A stretch of DNA of 64,000 nt from Adineta vaga. Taxonomy: Eukaryota; Animalia; Rotifera. The notes beneath the pieces are model-generated. The model was given only the letters and a program-made list of their open reading frames with translations, was not told where the DNA came from and searched no databases. The position numbers were made by a program, and so were the translations under genes. The stretch is taken from the NCBI GenBank assembly GCA_021613535.1, contig CP075496.1, positions 14,508,001 through 14,572,000 of the forward strand, given 5' to 3'. Positions 13,846 through 26,963 of the stretch are shown in pieces. The number at the start of each line of letters is the position of its first letter. The first letter of the stretch is position 1.

Positions 13846-16800
13846 TTATTTATTATTTGATTTAATTAATGTTTCAGTTTTATCTAATTCATCAATAATA
13901 TTTTGTATTCGTTGAATATCAACATGATTTTCAATTTTATCAATTTTCATAAATTTTAAAGCAATTTGATAATAATTTTTCGATTGTTTAAAATCATTAA
14001 CATTAAGAAAAACTTCTGCAATATTTTGAAAAATTTCTCCAATATTTTCTAAATCATCTTTATTATAAATAATTTGTCGACAAATTTCTAAAGCTTTCGA
14101 TGAATGTTCATTACATTTTTGATCTTGTTGAATTTGTTCTTGTGAATAAATTAATGCTAAAATACTATGTGATTCAGCTTTTTGTAAATCAATTAATGGT
14201 AAAAGTTCTTCACGAATTTCTAAAGATTTAATTGCATATTCTAAAGCTGAATCAAAATTATTTAATCTTAATAAACAAATTGAAATATCAAGAAAAATTG
14301 ATGCACCAATTTCATTAAATAAATCTAAAAGATGTGTTTCATAATTATTCATTGCTTTTAATAATGATGATAAAGCTTGTGTAAATTCAAATTTTTTTGA
14401 ATAACAATTTCCTAAAAGATTATATGATAAACCAATATTTAATGAATCTTCATTTAAACGAAATTCTAATGATTTATATAAATTTAAAATAGCTTCATCA
14501 TATTTGCCTTTTTTTGATAAAATAAACGCATATGTCCAATAACATTGTGCAATATTACTTTTTTGTTCAGGATAATGATTTTCATAAATATCAATAGCTT
14601 TTAAAATTGAATGAATCCCATTATCAAAAAGATGTTTAGCCATATTTGAATAACATGTACCTAAATGTGAAAAACATAAAGCATAATTTTCTTCATTAAA
14701 TGGTAAATGTTTTTCATAATGTTGAATTGCAATATTAAAATGTTGTACCGCAATTTCATATTGTTTTTGTTCCATATAACATAAACCAATGAAAAGATAA
14801 GAATTTGGAAGATCTTTATGATTTTCTGGTAAAATTTGAGAAATTTTTTCTAAATTTTTTAAAGCAATTTGATAATCTTTTTTATCAATATAAACACAAC
14901 TTAAATCAATAAGACATGAAACAATTTCTTTTTGATGATCACATTTGTTTGAGATTTTTAAATGTTTTAAAAGAAAATCTAAACATTTACTATAATATTC
15001 AATACTAAGATCATATTGAGATTTTCTATAATAATTTAATCCAATACCTTCATAACAATCGGAAAGAAAACAAAGTTTATCTAATGAAAAATGTTTTTCC
15101 ATAAATTGTATTGTTCGAAGAAAATAATCCGTTGATTTATCATAATAATTATCTTTTTGATAAATTCGTGCAATTTCACAATGACATTTTCCATAAAGTA
15201 ATTTTATATTTAATTCATGTTCTTCTTTATCATCTAAATGTTTTTCATAAATTAAAATTGATTTTAAATAATGTTCTAATGCTTTATCATAAAGATGTTT
15301 ATTAACAAATGTTGCACCGATATTTTGATGACAAATTCCAAGAATTAAATCATTAACTTTAAAATTACTTTCTTGTATTTCTAACGATTTTGTAAAATAT
15401 TCTAATGCTTTATCATAATCTGTATTCATTATTTTTTCAGCTAAATCAAAATAAGCTTGAGCTTCTTTTTCTTTTTCTTCTTTCAAATCTTTTTCTTTTT
15501 CTTCTTTTAAATCTTTTGTTTTATTTGCTTGAATATCATTTAAATATTGAAATATAGTTGAAATTAATTTCGTATTATCTGGTGTATAAATTTTACATAA
15601 TTGTAAAGATTTCCTTAAATGTTCAGAAGCCCAATTAAAATTTTGAATTTTTAAATAAATTAAACCAATATCAAAATGTAATTGAATCAATTTTGAATAA
15701 TTTATTTTCTCATTTTCTAATGTCGTTTTTAATGAATGAATTAAATCTTGTAAAGATTGATCATTATGAATATTTAATAAATAATTTCTTTTAAAAAAAA
15801 TAGCATCATCAAGAAAAGATTCTAATTCAGGTAAATATTGAATTGTTTGATGATTAATATATTGAAAGAAGAGTTGTTCATAATTAGACCAAATATTTGG
15901 ATTAATTTGTTGAGAAAATGTCCATAATTTCATTAATGTTTTTAATAAATAAATTTGTTCTTGAATTGTTGAAAGATATTTTTGTCTTAATTCAATTGTT
16001 TTAATTAAATATTTTAATGCATTATCAAATTGATTTTGATAAAAATATCTTTCAGATAAATATTCTGAAACTTGTGAAATATAATAATCATGATTATCTT
16101 TTTGTGAAGACTTTTCATAAATTTCTAAAGCTCTTAAAAAATATTCTTCAGCTAATTGATGATTTTCTTCTAAACAACCTAAACAACTATTTAATCGTGC
16201 AAATTCAACATTAGAATAAATTTCTTTTTGATTATTTAATGAATTCCATAATTGATTTGATTTATCAAAATAAATTTTTGCATTTATTTTATCATTTTTA
16301 TTAAAATAAATAATTCCAATATAATTAGTAATTCTAGCCATATCTTCATATTGATTTAAAAGTGAATAATAATCTGATGCTTTGATATAAAAATCAATAG
16401 CTGAATCATAATTATTTTCATATTCACAAATTTGTCCAAGAATATCACAAATTTCACTTAAATTTTTCCAATCATTATTATCACAAAGTTTTAATAAATT
16501 TTCAAAATAGTTTTTTGCTTTAGAAGGTTTTTCCATTAAGAAAAATAATTGACCTAAAAAGATTTCTCCATTTGTTTTCGAAGAATTTTCTTTTGAAAAA
16601 TTTTCAATCATTTTTTGAAATATTTCATTCGAAGAATTTTCTAATTTTATTATCCAATGATTTTCTTTTTTATCATAATCAACTGATTTAATTTGAAATG
16701 ATTGACCAAAATCAATTAATATATTATCTTCATCTTCATTTAATTCACTTAAATCAGCAAACATTGATGTTGAACATTTTGTTAAATCAAAATCAAATTC

Positions 16801-19800
16801 TATTAAGACTTTTTGTTGACTTGAATAAAATGATGATCTTTTAAATGAATTAAAAGCCGATTGTTTTGATTTATTAAGATATAAAAATGAATTTGTTGTA
16901 AAAGTTTGTTGAATATTTTTTTGAATAAAATCAATTTGATGATTTGTTAAAAACATAAATTTATAAAATTGAATTTGATTTAAATTAAAATTTGATTTAA
17001 ATGAATAAAATTTCTCTTGAATTTCATTTGATAAATGTTTAATAAAAAATCTTAATAAAAATAACATTTGATAATCTTCATAAAATAAAGCTTTATTTAT
17101 AAATTTATAAATAAAAAAATCTTGTTTAAACCAATGAAATGGATTAATTGAAAAATAATTTTCTTGAAATTTTTCAATTTGAATTAATTCTTTTTTATTA
17201 TTTTTATAATAATTTAATGACATTTGAATAAAAAGATTTTTTTCATTTAATTTATCAAATTGATTATTTAAAATTGCATATTTAAAAACTAAAATTGGTT
17301 TTAAATCATTTGTATAATCATTATTTAAAAATAAATGTATTATTTGTGATTGTTTATAATAAAAATTCATTTGATCTTTAATATTAATTAATAAAGATTG
17401 AATATCAGCATGAATACCAACAATTTTAAAAAATTTATTTGAATTAAAATTTATTTCGGATTTTATTGAATAAATAAATATGGAAAAGATTTGTTGATAA
17501 TCATGAATTAAATAAAGAATTTCTTCAAGATTTTCAATGGATAAAATTAAAAAGATTTTTTCATTTGAAATATTTTCAATAAATTTTAAAAGTTTTTGTC
17601 GACTTGAACAAATTAAAACATAATCATTTATTTGTTGAAATAATTCAATACTTTTATTGATTTGTTCATTTGATGTTAACATTTTTTCATACCAAATTAA
17701 TGTGATTTCTTCTTTATTAGAATTATCATTTGATAATATAAACGATTCAATTGCAAGTTTGGTATTGGAAGAATTTTTTCCATTTAATAAATTTTTATTT
17801 TCATTCATTAAAAATTGATCAATTGGAAGTTTTGATAAAGATGAAAATGAGGATTTTTTTGAAATATTTTCATTAATTGATATTGAATCAGCATCATTTA
17901 TTGTTGATGTATCTTTATAACTTTTAGGAAAATCTTTTTCATTATTTATTGTTGATTCAAATGGAATTTTAATTGTTCCTTTATTTTTATCGTAGATTTC
18001 AATTGAAGTTTTTGTATTTCCTATTTTCATTTGTTCTCCATTGGACATTTTAATTAAATCTTTATTAATTGTTTTTTTCGATTCTTTTCCATTAATTAAT
18101 AAAGTTTCATTTGGAACTTTTTCAAAATCTTTATTTTTTCCTTCTTTACCATTTAAATGGATTAATTCTGTTGATGTTCTTAATGTTTCTTTTGACGACA
18201 TTTTCGATTCTTCTTTTATAACAGGAAGAGTTGAAATTGAATTCTTTGGATATTTTGTTTCTTCACTTTTATTTATTAATAATGATTCATCATATAAAGC
18301 TAATAAAATGAATAAAATACATTTTTCATCTTATCGAGATTCAAAAACAGTTGATTTATGTCACATATCTCGTAGATCTTCAATGTTGGAGATGGGTGTG
18401 GGTGTACATGAGGCTATGTTCTTAACAGAGGCGTAGCGAGGAATTTTCCAAGGAGGGTGCCCGAGTGGTGAAGGGAGGTGCACACCAGTAGAAAAATGAA
18501 CTTTAGAATCTTGATAAAACTGTTTATCCGTATCCCCCTGTACACCTTTTTCGGCTAAGGGGGGTGCCCGTGCCCCGATGGCACCCCCCCTCCAGGCTAC
18601 GCCCCTGGTTCTTAACCCAAATTCACATCCTCACCCTCAAGATTGACTTACGGCATGAAATCGTCCTAAGTCGACGAGACATTGTTTAAAACTTTCTTAT
18701 TTAAATACGAGGAAATTTCCGAAATCGGAAGGGGACACCTCGCGATGTTCCCTCGTTAGACAAACAAATAAACCTTAAACTTTTGTAACCGATGATTTTA
18801 AACTTTTCTTTGAAAAAATGAAAATATTGATTTCTTTTTTTATCAATTGAAAAAATCTTAATTTATTTAGATAAATCTATCTTTGAATATGTATGTGATA
18901 AAAATAGATAAATAATTGAACTTACTTTTTAATCGTTTTGTTAAAGATAAATTTTGATAAAATATTTGATCAGTTTTATTATTAAGATAATCTCGAATTG
19001 TTTGATAAAAATAGCGATTATTTTCAAATGATTTATAAATTTGTTCATCATTCATTAAAGAAGATAAAATTAAATAAATATGATTTTCTTTTTCAATTAA
19101 TTGACGAAAGATTTGTTGACGTTGTTTTATATATTTATAAATAATTTCAAATTTATTTAATAATGTTAATAATAAACGAATTGTACTTTTTATTATTAAT
19201 CGTTGTTCATCAATTAAATTAGAATTTGTTAAAATTGTTAATAATGAATCACTTAATAAAATTAAATTTTGTTCATTTAATTTATTTAAATGACAATGAT
19301 TAAAACAACTATTTAATATATCAATTAAATAAGTAAAACCTTTTGAAGAATTTTTCCAAAAATGTCCTTTTATAATATTGATTGATGGAACTAATAATGA
19401 ACTTAACATTTTATCAGATAATTCATTTCGATTTGAACCTTTCACAAAAGAAAAATTTATTAAATAAATCTATTAGATGAGTATAAAATATTCAGAAACA
19501 AAGATATGATTTCATTCGTACTAATGTTATTCATTAGTTTGAACTAACTATTCTTCTCTGGATTTGACAAAAATTGCTTAGTATGATATGATTCATACCG
19601 TAATAATGAATTTCTCATACAAAAGAAGGTACATTCGTCTCATATGAAAACAAAAATTCAAGCTGAATGTAAGTAAATCTATCAACATATTTGCCTGTAA
19701 ACTTTGTACTGGTTTTCGGAATGGTTGTGTTGGATGCAGAATTCAATTCTCTATCTAACACAATTTTACAGACGAATGTACACAAGAAATATTCGAATAT

Positions 19801-20532
19801 GGTACTAAGTCTTTGAGTAAATATGTTCTTCATCAAAATACAGATGACCAAAATTCGACCATATGCATTTCCACGAAGAACATTAGATTTATTATTTTTG
19901 TAAATAAAAATGGTATTTGTAATCTTACCTGTATATTCAATCCAATAAGCTGGACAAGCAATTAAAAGAAAATTGAAATTTGATGTTTGATGAAATGATT
20001 GAATATAAAATTTTGACATTAAACATTTTGTAACTGATTCAATAACATCTTGTTGTTGAATATAAAGAGAAATTAAATTGGAAAAATCTTTCAAATAATT
20101 TTCATTTGAAAAATAATTTGGATTTTTTGAATAATAATTTAATGTTTTAGTTATTGGTCGAATTAATTTTTGTGCATTAAAATTAATTCGAATAAAATAT
20201 TTAATAATAAAATGAAATAAAATTAATTCTAAATCAACTAAAAAATGAATTTTATAATATTTTTTTAATAAATGATATAATTTATCAATTAAATATATTT
20301 GAAATGGATGATTGATTAATAATGGTTTTATTAAAAGTGTTTTATCAATATTTTCAATTAATTGTAAAATATTTAATAATGAATTATTTAATGTTATTGA
20401 TGATAATATTGATCGTTGATTAAGATGATAATCATAAACTTCTTTTAATTTTTCAATTGTTATTTTATCATTTGAAACTAAATTTAACATTACTTTATTA
20501 TGTTGATTATTCAATTCTTCAACTTGTGTCAT
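13846..20532 (-). CDS. Giant (~1856 aa) helical N-terminus + degenerate ART-like domain + long TPR array, 3 exons
   Basis: Exons 20532-19929, 19438-18926, 18299-13846 join in phase (5571 nt). The ART-like region reads FYKF, NSFLYLN, FADLSELNEDEDNILID and is followed by many TPR motifs (e.g. YDKALEHYLKSILIYEK). Confidence 0.75.
18381..18646. repeat. Short repeat with telomere-like arms, interrupted by the hAT MITE
   Basis: gatgggtgtgggtgt...cacatcctcaccctcaagat; its reverse complement resembles 43884-43931. Confidence 0.6.
18426..18607. mobile_element. hAT-type MITE, 182 bp, GC-rich, in an intron of the TPR gene
   Basis: TIRs CAGAGGCGTAGC / GCTACGCCCCTG (11 of 12 match) and a perfect 8-bp TSD GTTCTTAA at 18418-18425 and 18608-18615. 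Confidence 0.9.
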
Positions 20533-21182
20533 TTTTAACTTTATGCGTAATTATTTGTCTAGAAATATTTTATCGATGTCTAGTTTATTGATATGCATCA
20601 ATGATTTCTTTTTTTTTTATATATATTATATCAAATATAGAAAAATGTCTTGGTAATGATAAAAAAAAACAAACAAAAAAATACTTTAATATTTGTTTAC
20701 TCATCAAATATTTGTACCGTAAAGGTTTTTTTATTCATGAATTGTCATTTATCTATCGAAATGATTTTTATCAATAATATCTTTTTTTCCAAGGTTTATT
20801 TCTTTTTTATCTTTATTTAATCAAAATAATGATTTTGACTTTTCTTAAGATTTATCTTGAGACATCATCATCATCATCATTTACCTTGATAAGATCCCTC
20901 ATAAAAAGGTCTTTTATATCTTCTCAAAACTAATTTTCTATTTTTACCTTGAATCGACTTTTTTTCTTTTATAGAGAAATCGAATTCTTTCAAAAAGAAT
21001 TTTGTTCTTGATGTCTTAATATTCTAGACTATATAATAGACACGCTTATTTTTATCATTAATGAACAGACAAAAACCGTTATTAATCAAAGAAATCAACC
21101 GAATATTTTTCGTTCAAGAATAATTTCTTTTTTAATAAGAAAAATGAAATGAATATTTTTTAACTAACAAGGGAACATATTT

Positions 21183-21639
21183 GAGTGTATCCACTGAGAT
21201 TGAGTTTAAAAGTCTTTGGCCGTGAAGTGACCATGTTATATATCTTGAATATCGACATTTTAACTGTCCTCGCTAAGGTCGAAAACACAGTACTATTTTA
21301 CATTTTTATGATACGCTGAACCCTGTTGCATTGCATGAAATCACGTTTCATCATTGCGTTATTTTTAAATTTCAGGGAAATATAATTTTTCCAGTAAAGT
21401 AGGTACATAAAACGAATGAAAGTTTTTTTATGTATCTTGTATCGCTGAAAAAAACTATATTTCCCTGAAATTTTAGAGAAACGTGATTTCATGCAATAGG
21501 ATTCAGCGTATGATAAAAATCTAAAATAGCGCTATTTTTTCGACCTTACCGAGGACAGCTAAAATGTCCATATCCGAGATATATAACATGGTCACTTCAC
21601 GGTCAAATACTTTTAAACTCGATCTCAGTGAATACACTC
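21183..21639. mobile_element. Foldback MITE, Mutator (MULE)-like
   Basis: Almost fully palindromic 457 bp, ends GAGTG...CACTC, 9-bp flanks AACATATTT / AACATATTA. Confidence 0.85.
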
Positions 21640-21778
21640 AACATATTAAATTTTATAATTAAAACGATAGATGTCATTGAAAAATATTTTCCATTTGATA
21701 AATCTATTTGAACCAATCAAATAAGTTTTCCTTCAAAGAAGAAGAAGATACATTCATTCAATAAAAAATCATTAACAA

Positions 21779-22198
21779 ATGGAGAAATCTACGAAAAAGA
21801 AAACATTGAAACGTTGTCAAAAAGTGAATTCGAATGAAAAATTAAATAAAAATGCAATTCCAATTTTTACTGATGCATTTCTTGATTTATTTCGTAAACA
21901 AAAAAGTGAAATACGTTTATTAAAATTAAATTATTCGGAATTAACTGAAAAATTTAAATTTAAAGATGCTCAACAAGAACAAATTCGTTTAAATAACCAA
22001 AAAATGCGTTTAGATATTGAAGAAATTTCACAAAAAAATTATTTTATTAAAAATCAAATTGAAAAATTTGAAAAAGAATTTCAAAATACATTTCATCAGA
22101 ATATTAATCAACAATTCTTCAAATCTTTACAAGATAATCATCATCAACATGATTATCAAATTAATGTACAAAATTTATTTAAAACTCTTCAATTATAA
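21779..22198 (+). CDS. Small coiled-coil protein resembling the HMG20A/B C-terminal domain, without an HMG box
   Basis: IPIFTDAFLDLFRKQKSEIRLLK resembles HMG20 IPIFTEEFL...E.ELRQLRK and is followed by a coiled coil. Intronless, with AATAAA downstream. Confidence 0.6.
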   Translation: MEKSTKKKTLKRCQKVNSNEKLNKNAIPIFTDAFLDLFRKQKSEIRLLKLNYSELTEKFKFKDAQQEQIRLNNQKMRLDIEEISQKNYFIKNQIEKFEKEFQNTFHQNINQQFFKSLQDNHHQHDYQINVQNLFKTLQL

Positions 22199-22295
22199 AA
22201 CTTTTTTGTTTCAAAAATAAATCTTTCTGTCTTTTTTGTCGTCAATTTATTAAATATCTTTCTTGATTAAAAATAGAATTTCATAATAGAAATCT

Positions 22296-23165
22296 TTATG
22301 AATCTTTCTTTGAATCAAAAGATAAAATAATTTCTTTTAATCGAATAAAAGCATCATAAAATGTTTGAACATAATTTTCTAAATCTTCAATATCTTGGTA
22401 AGTCTGTTTTACTTCATTATTAGCAGAATTATATTGATTGAATTGAAGATCACCTTCCGTTTTAGCTTTACTCAAACGATTATCGGTATTTTCTAATTGA
22501 TCACGAATTTTCTCAAGATTTTCTTTCATAACTGATAAAGTTTGACGAACATTTTCAATATCATCTTTCCATTGTTCCTAATTTTTTGTTAATTTATAAC
22601 CAACTGTAGCAATACCAACATAAAACCCAAAAATACCTCCTACTGCAGTTTCAACCAGTAATGCCCATGGTAAAACAACCCCAACAATAGCTCCTAATAC
22701 CGTACCAATAAACGTTGTATAAATTAAATTCAATATAATATATTCTATTAAAAATAATGTTCCACCATATTTTTCTTTTAATTTTTTAATTAAATTGATT
22801 AAATCAATACATTGTATTAAATAAGATTTTAAAACTTGTTTATCAATATTATCTAATGTTGATTTAATAAAACGAGCTTTATTTAAATCATTATCTTGTT
22901 GATATTTTTTCGTAATAAAATTATCTTTGAGAACTTCAAGACGTGAAATTGAATCAAGTACATAACTGAGTAAAGCTTTTTTAAATTCATTAACTTTTTC
23001 GACAAGTTCATCGTATTCACAAAATCCTCGACGACCAATAATATTCATTTGATCAAGTGCATTTTGAAATCGGTCTAGGATATTCTTGATAAATTGACCA
23101 TCTTTTAATTTGTTCAAAATATCTTCTATATCAATTGATTCCGATTGGGACATTTTAATGGCCAA
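22296..23165 (-). pseudogene. Coiled-coil protein with Gly-rich hydrophobic hairpin and one in-frame TAG
   Basis: ORFs 23165-22578 and 22529-22296 share a frame and the sequence reads ...LTKN*EQWKDDIENVRQTLSVMKENL; the TAG is at 22580-22578. Confidence 0.65.
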
Positions 23166-23274
23166 GTTTCTGTAAGAAATATCGAATGTTGGTAAATGGT
23201 TTCATTGAATATATTATGCCTTTATATACTTGGACTTTTTCAGAGTTTTTTCTGCCTCTTTTATTTCTTTATGA

Positions 23275-23362
23275 CAGAGATGTCAACAGCCACGCGTTTG
23301 TCTTTTTTTAAAATCGGCGCGGCGCGGTAGCGGCACATTCTCAGCCGCGGTGGACATCTCTG
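23275..23362. mobile_element. hAT-type mini-MITE, 88 bp
   Basis: TIRs CAGAGATGTC / GACATCTCTG, 8-bp flanks CTTTATGA / GTTTATGA, GC-rich interior. Confidence 0.8.
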
Positions 23363-24560
23363 GTTTATGATTGTGAGATTGTGGAATAGTCCAATTTTTT
23401 TCCATATCTAAATATTTCTTATCTTAATCTTAACTGATCTGAGTAACGAGAAAAAGTTAACCTAGGGGTAATTGAGGTCAGGTAACTCGAATCTGTCATT
23501 GGTTTTATTTGATACTTGTTAATTAATTAGCTAATTAGCAAATGATCAATTCTAATATATCATATGAAGTTCGACAAAAGGATAATCGAGATCGAGAAAC
23601 TGGAATCCTCTATAATACAAAGTCAGTGTCTTTTGAAGAGACAATCACAGTGAATTCACTTATTCGTTTTAGAAATAAATCAAAAGTAGACGAAATAATG
23701 AAGGCGTTCATGTTAACGACTAGCCGTGATTGATACGTTAAGATATGGATTTGAATGACTCTCGCGTGATTTGGACGTTTTTTCCGTTATGAATTGATCT
23801 ATTATGATTAGCGAATCTCTCACATTACACTAATATTGTTACTCGATTATCGACAAAAGGAGGGAAAGAATGTCAGAATGTATGATCGAAGGAAACATAG
23901 ATGGCACTATAGAAATCAAGGAATATTATATATATGTATATATATATACATGCATACATGTCTAACTTTTTCATTTGTTTTAATCCTTTCGATCCTGCAT
24001 GGCATATCGTACATAGATGCCATCGAGAACAAGAAAGATATTTTCCCGCTTTATCGTCTACATAGAAGGCGAATATCATGTGTTGAAAAAAGTTCAATCT
24101 CTTTTCTTCTTTAGTTTTATTATAACAAAGCATTGTATTGTTTTCCAGATCTGCAATTATTTTAATTACGTTCATTCTAGTTTGATATAAAACTACAATT
24201 CAGTTAAAAAATGATTGGTAAGTTTGTTTACTTTGAATAAGGATAAGTTCAATTAGCAATTCGAAAACTGGATTGATGTTTTCGGTAGAACCATAGCCAT
24301 TTATAAATATTCTTTTGAAGAATTCAATTTCTCTCAGTCAAAAAGTAAAGTTAAAAACATATTATTATATAAATAGTAATATATAAATACAACTCTTTCA
24401 ATACTCTATATCTATATAACTATAATAATTTGATTACTTTCAACATTATTTTTCTATTTTGTTTATAATTTTTTATTTTGAAAATAAGTAAAAAATGAGG
24501 GATTGAGAAGGAATTAAAATTTCTAGCGCAAAAGTATATTTGCTAATTTGTAATAATTAA

Positions 24561-24705
24561 CCCTTGGAGTACCAGACGGGGTTATATTTGACCCCGATGA
24601 AAGTGAATGTATTTTTTAAAATAACGAAATCAGATCTAAAAATCTCATAATTTAAATTAGAAGAACAATTGCAGTCATATCGTAAAAAGACTGGTACTCC
24701 AAAGG
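24561..24705. mobile_element. piggyBac-type MITE, 145 bp
   Basis: TTAA|CCCTTGGAGTACCAG ... CTGGTACTCCAAAGG|TTAA: 14 of 15 TIR match with a TTAA TSD. Confidence 0.85.
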
Positions 24706-24843
24706 TTAATATACAAGAATAGAACAATTCTTTGTTCTTATTCAGAAAAAATAATAGAAATGTATTCATATAATAAATATTTCCATGATAAAGACTTTGA
24801 TAGAAGAATAAACTATATATTTATGATTTATTTTTCTATGTAG

Positions 24844-26508
24844 ATCAATATGAATATGGAACACAATTATCGGATTCAGTTCGATCACAGAATTCTGAAT
24901 CAAAATCCGACAAATCTATTATTCAACATATTTATTCAACAAAGATTGATTGTGAAACATTAGAAGAATTTCTTTGAATTCCAAATATGATTATTTGTGA
25001 TCCGAGTGAAGATTTTCAAAATACAATTAATACATTTGTTAAAGTATCAAAATCAGGATCAGAAAATGAAGCAAGTTTAGAATTTGATAATCATTTAAAA
25101 AAATTTAATACACAAATAACATTTACGGGAAGTCAAAAAGGTGGTGAATTTGGATTGGTATTTTGTGGTAAACAACCAGATTTTACATGGTCAATTACTA
25201 CACAATTTCATCCATGGAATATTATAACAATAATTGAAAAAAAGAAGAATATTTTAACAAGAAATGAAATTTCTCAAATGTTGGAATATTTAAGAATGAT
25301 TATACAAATATCTCCTGAACGAAATTATGCCATTGGATGTTTAACTAATTATAAAGAGATTGTTTTTGGTAAAGCATCAATAATAAATGATAAATTTAAT
25401 TATGAAGTGTTTAAATCGAAAAATGTTATTGAAGAATATTGGAAATTTCTTCATTGTAATCCATCTGATTTGGGTCAAGTCAAATTTTCTATTCCAGATA
25501 ATTTTTATATTAAATTATCATTAGGTAAATATTTGTTTAGTTTTTAATCATTTTAGAAGAAACTTTCCTGCAATAGGCTTTAGATTTAATGAAAATCAAA
25601 TGCATTTAAGAGCATATATTGATGTTGAAAATTGGATTTGTCGTTTAATAATCATGTAGAAATGAATCGACAAAAAAGCCTAGTTAAACTGATCATAAAA
25701 CTTGATCAATGCGTTGGAAAATTTTTAAATATATGTTGTAATGATCAATATTATTTTTGAAATTTATTTTTTTTTAGGAAGAGGTGCAAATGGTATGGTT
25801 TATCAAATTGAATATGAAAATATTCAATATGCCATGAAAATTTCAAATAAAACATCAACAAAAGAATATGAAATAGTTGGAAAAATGAAAAATTATATAA
25901 ATGAACATTCATTATCAGATATTAACATAATAAACATGTTTTATGTACTAGGTTTTATTCTTTCAAAACCAGTTGGAAAATTAATAAACAAAAATTCTTT
26001 ATACCAAAAGAAATATATTAATCAAATATTTAAACAATTATCTATTGGTCATAAACTTAGATTTGTTCATCGTGATATTCGAATATATAATTTCATATCA
26101 TCTAATGATGATATTTATTTGATCGACTGGGATTCGTCAACATATAATGGTTTTAAGGGTAGATATGAAGGAACATTTACAACAGCATCAAGATCTGCAT
26201 TGACTGAATATGAATTAACACATGGTAGAGAAGTTTCAGCTTATTACGCTGATGATTGTTTATCCATTATCTATATGTTATTATTATTAAAATGCACAAA
26301 TGAAGAACAAGTTAATTTAAAACAATATGCTTCTGTTAGTTCTGCTGGTGAATTAATCGTAGAACGTCAATACATTTTACGACAACATTATCCAAATATT
26401 ATCGATCGTCTAAATGAAATTGAAAAACAACGTGCTGATTTGCTAAATATAGATGAATTACATAATCGATGTCAACAAATAATTGAAGAATGTATAGACT
26501 TGGTTTAA
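24844..26508 (+). CDS. Crinkler/FunK1-type REase-fold + protein kinase; possibly a pseudogene (in-frame TGA at 24975-24977)
   Basis: Intron 25525-25777 yields LGRGANGMVY, YAMK, HRDIRIYNF and LIDWD. The N-terminal part has QPDF...IIEKK...QMLEY...R.YAIGCLTN. The open frame from the acceptor at 24843 is broken by one TGA before the ATG at 24987. Confidence 0.7.
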
Positions 26509-26963
26509 TTTCATAAACGTTTTTTGTCTTATTTTTCTACATATGTTTTCTTCCATCTATATTTTGTTGTTGATTTAAAAAAACGAAAGAAGATGAATAT
26601 GCTAAATATATTATGTACATTGAAAAAAAAACGATCCTCGTAGATTTCAGGATTCATATATAATCATTTCACTCGAAATTGTCTTTCGAATAAATAATTT
26701 AATTAACTACCGAGTTATGGATGATAAAAATTGAACCAATTCAATTAGATAAATTTAGAAAAAAAGAAAAGCAAATTTTCGAATTCTTATAGATAATCAT
26801 TGCTCGTAGGAACTTTGAAGATCTGTAGGGATCCACAAATTTTCTAGATAGACTCTTTTCTTTCTTGATTGAATAAATCATTTTTTACACTGTTACTATC
26901 AATAATTTGTTAGAAAATGAATTATATTTTCTTTGAAAATATAAGAATGAACTGCAATGGATT

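Noticed and set aside
22578-22580. Alternative genetic code or tRNA-Tyr suppressor system explaining the in-frame stops
   Set aside because: The anticodons are standard GTA, the lesions involve TAG, TGA, TAA and frameshifts alike, and other genes use normal stops.
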